Shown here: positions 16,897 through 18,582 of the stretch, one piece after another | Numbering within the stretch: position 1 is the first letter of the stretch | Layout: each line of letters opens with the position of its first letter | Source of the DNA: Candidatus Heimdallarchaeota archaeon | Lineage (GTDB): Archaea > Asgardarchaeota > Heimdallarchaeia > Heimdallarchaeales > Heimdallarchaeaceae | Direction of reading: 5' to 3' | Assembly (NCBI GenBank): GCA_030668875.1 | Contig: DAOVER010000056.1 | Coordinates: 1-18,582 of the forward strand | DNA: 18,582 bases | Made by a program: the position numbers and the translations under genes | The notes under the pieces: generated by a model | What the model was told of the DNA's origin: nothing | Seen by the model: only the letters and a program-made list of their open reading frames with translations | Database searches by the model: none

Positions 16897-17625
16897 GTGA
16901 AAACATTGAGGAAAAAATTACTGTTTATTGGATTTTTTATTTTACTGGTCTATTCTACTACAGCGTTTGCTCAAGCCGACACTGAAGTAATAATTTCTGA
17001 TACCGACAATTTAACTGGTGGATATTTTATTCTTTATCGTCGAGAAATTTCATATTTTGATACAAATGTTACTGTTGTGCTAAACTCAAGTGAACCTATA
17101 GAATTTGGTGTTTGTGATGATGGAGATTTAGAAGACTGGAATGAAGGTGGAGATTATCCCATCTGGTACTATAATTCAGAAGATGTATTTACAAGAACTA
17201 TGCACTTTATTTTGGACGATGGTGATTACAATTTTTGTTTATTGAATTGGGGAGTAAACACAGCTAACTATACCTTAACTGTAACAATTACGTATGACAT
17301 CGCCAATACACCCACGTCAAGTATATTTAGTGGGAGCATTATTTGGTATATTATTATCATAGTAGTAATCATAGTTGCTCTAATGGGTATATTCCGATTC
17401 ATGAGATCCAGAAGGAGAAAGACTCAACAACAATATTCTCAAGCGTCTCAATACGATTCTAGACAGATTTATACTCCATATCAAAGTTCAACCTACGAGC
17501 AACCTTCTTATGCATCTCAAACTCCCACACCCCTTAAACCATTGGAAACCAAGGTATGCCAGAATTGTGGAGCAGATATGGAAGGAGATGCCGTCTTTTG
17601 TACTAATTGTGGAAGTAAAATTTAG
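16897..17625 (+). CDS. Single-pass (type I) membrane protein: signal peptide, small extracellular beta domain, TM, Tyr/Gln/Ser/Pro-rich tail, C-terminal double zinc ribbon
   Basis: Signal ending AFA; TM IIWYIIIIVVIIVALMGIF + RFMRSRRRK; CQNCGADMEGDAVFCTNCGSKI; GTG start. Confidence 0.82.
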   Translation: MKTLRKKLLFIGFFILLVYSTTAFAQADTEVIISDTDNLTGGYFILYRREISYFDTNVTVVLNSSEPIEFGVCDDGDLEDWNEGGDYPIWYYNSEDVFTRTMHFILDDGDYNFCLLNWGVNTANYTLTVTITYDIANTPTSSIFSGSIIWYIIIIVVIIVALMGIFRFMRSRRRKTQQQYSQASQYDSRQIYTPYQSSTYEQPSYASQTPTPLKPLETKVCQNCGADMEGDAVFCTNCGSKI

Positions 17626-17649
17626 TCTCTTTTTTTCCTTTTCTTTTTG
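17626..17649 (+). terminator. T-tract terminator between convergent genes
   Basis: TCTCTTTTTTTCCTTTTCTTTTTG. Confidence 0.55.
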
Positions 17650-18582
17650 TCAAAGAAACTCTTTAGCTAAATTGTAATACACATTCAGCGAAAGCTCCAC
17701 TGTTTTCAGGCTAATTCTCTCATCAACTCCATGAGCTAGACTAACAATTTCATTCATTGGTGTTTCTGGATTGAAAAGAGCAAATCCATATGTATCTACA
17801 TTTTTTTCTCGTAAAAATCTTCCATCCGTTGCCCCACTTGCAATTAAGGGAACTAAGCTCGCATTTGGAAAATCTTTTCGAATAGCATTTTTCATTGCTG
17901 TAACAAAATCGGATTCCACTGGGCTAGCTGTACCTGTTGACGCTATACCTTCTTCTGCTTCAACCCTCTCGATAATTACTTCATCTGCGAGTTCTTTTAA
18001 CGCTTTCTTAACATGAAAAACAACATAATTATAATCTTGACCTGGAAGTGTCCTAACATCTATTTCTAAGCTGGCTTCTGAAGCAATTATGTTGATTTTC
18101 TTTCCACCTTGTATAATGTTTGGTGATATGGTCATTCTGCTTAAGCTGTGTAAAACCTTTGGCATTTCAGGATCTTTTTTATTGAGGATTTTGAGAATAA
18201 TTGGAAGTAGTTTTTTATTTGTGATTAGCGACCTTAGAATGAAATTCATCCCTAGACCCTTAACTAAATTTCTAATAAAAGTTGTATCAATAGGTATTTT
18301 GTTGTCGCAATAATCTGTAAGGTAAAGTGCTGCTTTGGACACCTTGTGTACAGCATTATCACTTGAATAAGGTGCGCTACCATGACCGGGAGTTCCTTGA
18401 AACTTCAGTTTTAAACTTGTTGCACCCTTTTCACCATTAATAATTACAAATTTATCTTTACTAATCTGAACACCACCAGCTTCAGTTACTGCAAACATCT
18501 TACGGTTATTGATGCTTAACTCATTGGAATGATTCTTGATCATCCAATCAGCTCCCCACGCCCCCCCTGTTTCTTCATCTGC
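17650..18582 (-). CDS. M20/M25/M40-family metallopeptidase or amidohydrolase; partial, 5' end lies beyond the window
   Basis: The frame continues past the 18543 ATG to the window edge, reading ADEETGGAWGADW (conserved DEE motif). GHGS, GATDGR and HGVDERI motifs are also present. Confidence 0.9.
   Translation of the reverse strand, partial: ADEETGGAWGADWMIKNHSNELSINNRKMFAVTEAGGVQISKDKFVIINGEKGATSLKLKFQGTPGHGSAPYSSDNAVHKVSKAALYLTDYCDNKIPIDTTFIRNLVKGLGMNFILRSLITNKKLLPIILKILNKKDPEMPKVLHSLSRMTISPNIIQGGKKINIIASEASLEIDVRTLPGQDYNYVVFHVKKALKELADEVIIERVEAEEGIASTGTASPVESDFVTAMKNAIRKDFPNASLVPLIASGATDGRFLREKNVDTYGFALFNPETPMNEIVSLAHGVDERISLKTVELSLNVYYNLAKEFL

Noticed and set aside
1753-18313. Antisense or overlapping ORFs from the track (1753, 2335, 3182, 3754, 4019, 4643, 5483, 8706, 9012, 9858, 10554, 13674, 16152, 17771, 18089)
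   Set aside because: All lie mostly within better-supported genes and lack recognisable motifs. Stop-poor antisense frames are expected opposite hydrophobic, T-rich coding sequence.

Overview
AT-rich (roughly 30% GC by eye) archaeal-style DNA. Evidence for this: BRE/TATA boxes about 25-35 bp upstream of start codons, T-tract terminators, a PEF-CTERM sorting signal and several membrane proteins with zinc ribbons. An Asgard (Heimdallarchaeia-like) origin is plausible but is inference only. The first ~700 bp are the 3' part of an IS200/IS605- or IS607-type element. It carries a tnpB-like gene, probably broken near its 5' side, in which the RuvC-III Asp and the first Zn-finger Cys both read as His. 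Downstream of it is a candidate omega-RNA with a perfect 8-bp hairpin whose loop is fully complementary to a segment just before a TTGG end, forming a pseudoknot. The element appears to have inserted into a PEF-CTERM surface-protein gene, whose start-less 3' remnant follows. The rest of the window is mostly housekeeping or accessory genes: an unknown ~13-TM protein, a type-2 asparaginase, an EamA transporter, an ABC-2 ATPase and permease, an alpha/beta hydrolase, a Zn-ribbon membrane protein coupled to an MFS transporter with an internal triplication, a large beta-helix surface protein, two membrane proteins with double Zn ribbons, a HAD hydrolase, a nitrilase-family hydrolase, an orphan beta-class DNA methyltransferase, a YdjM-like hydrolase and a partial M20 peptidase. 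No rRNA, tRNA or CRISPR array was seen.
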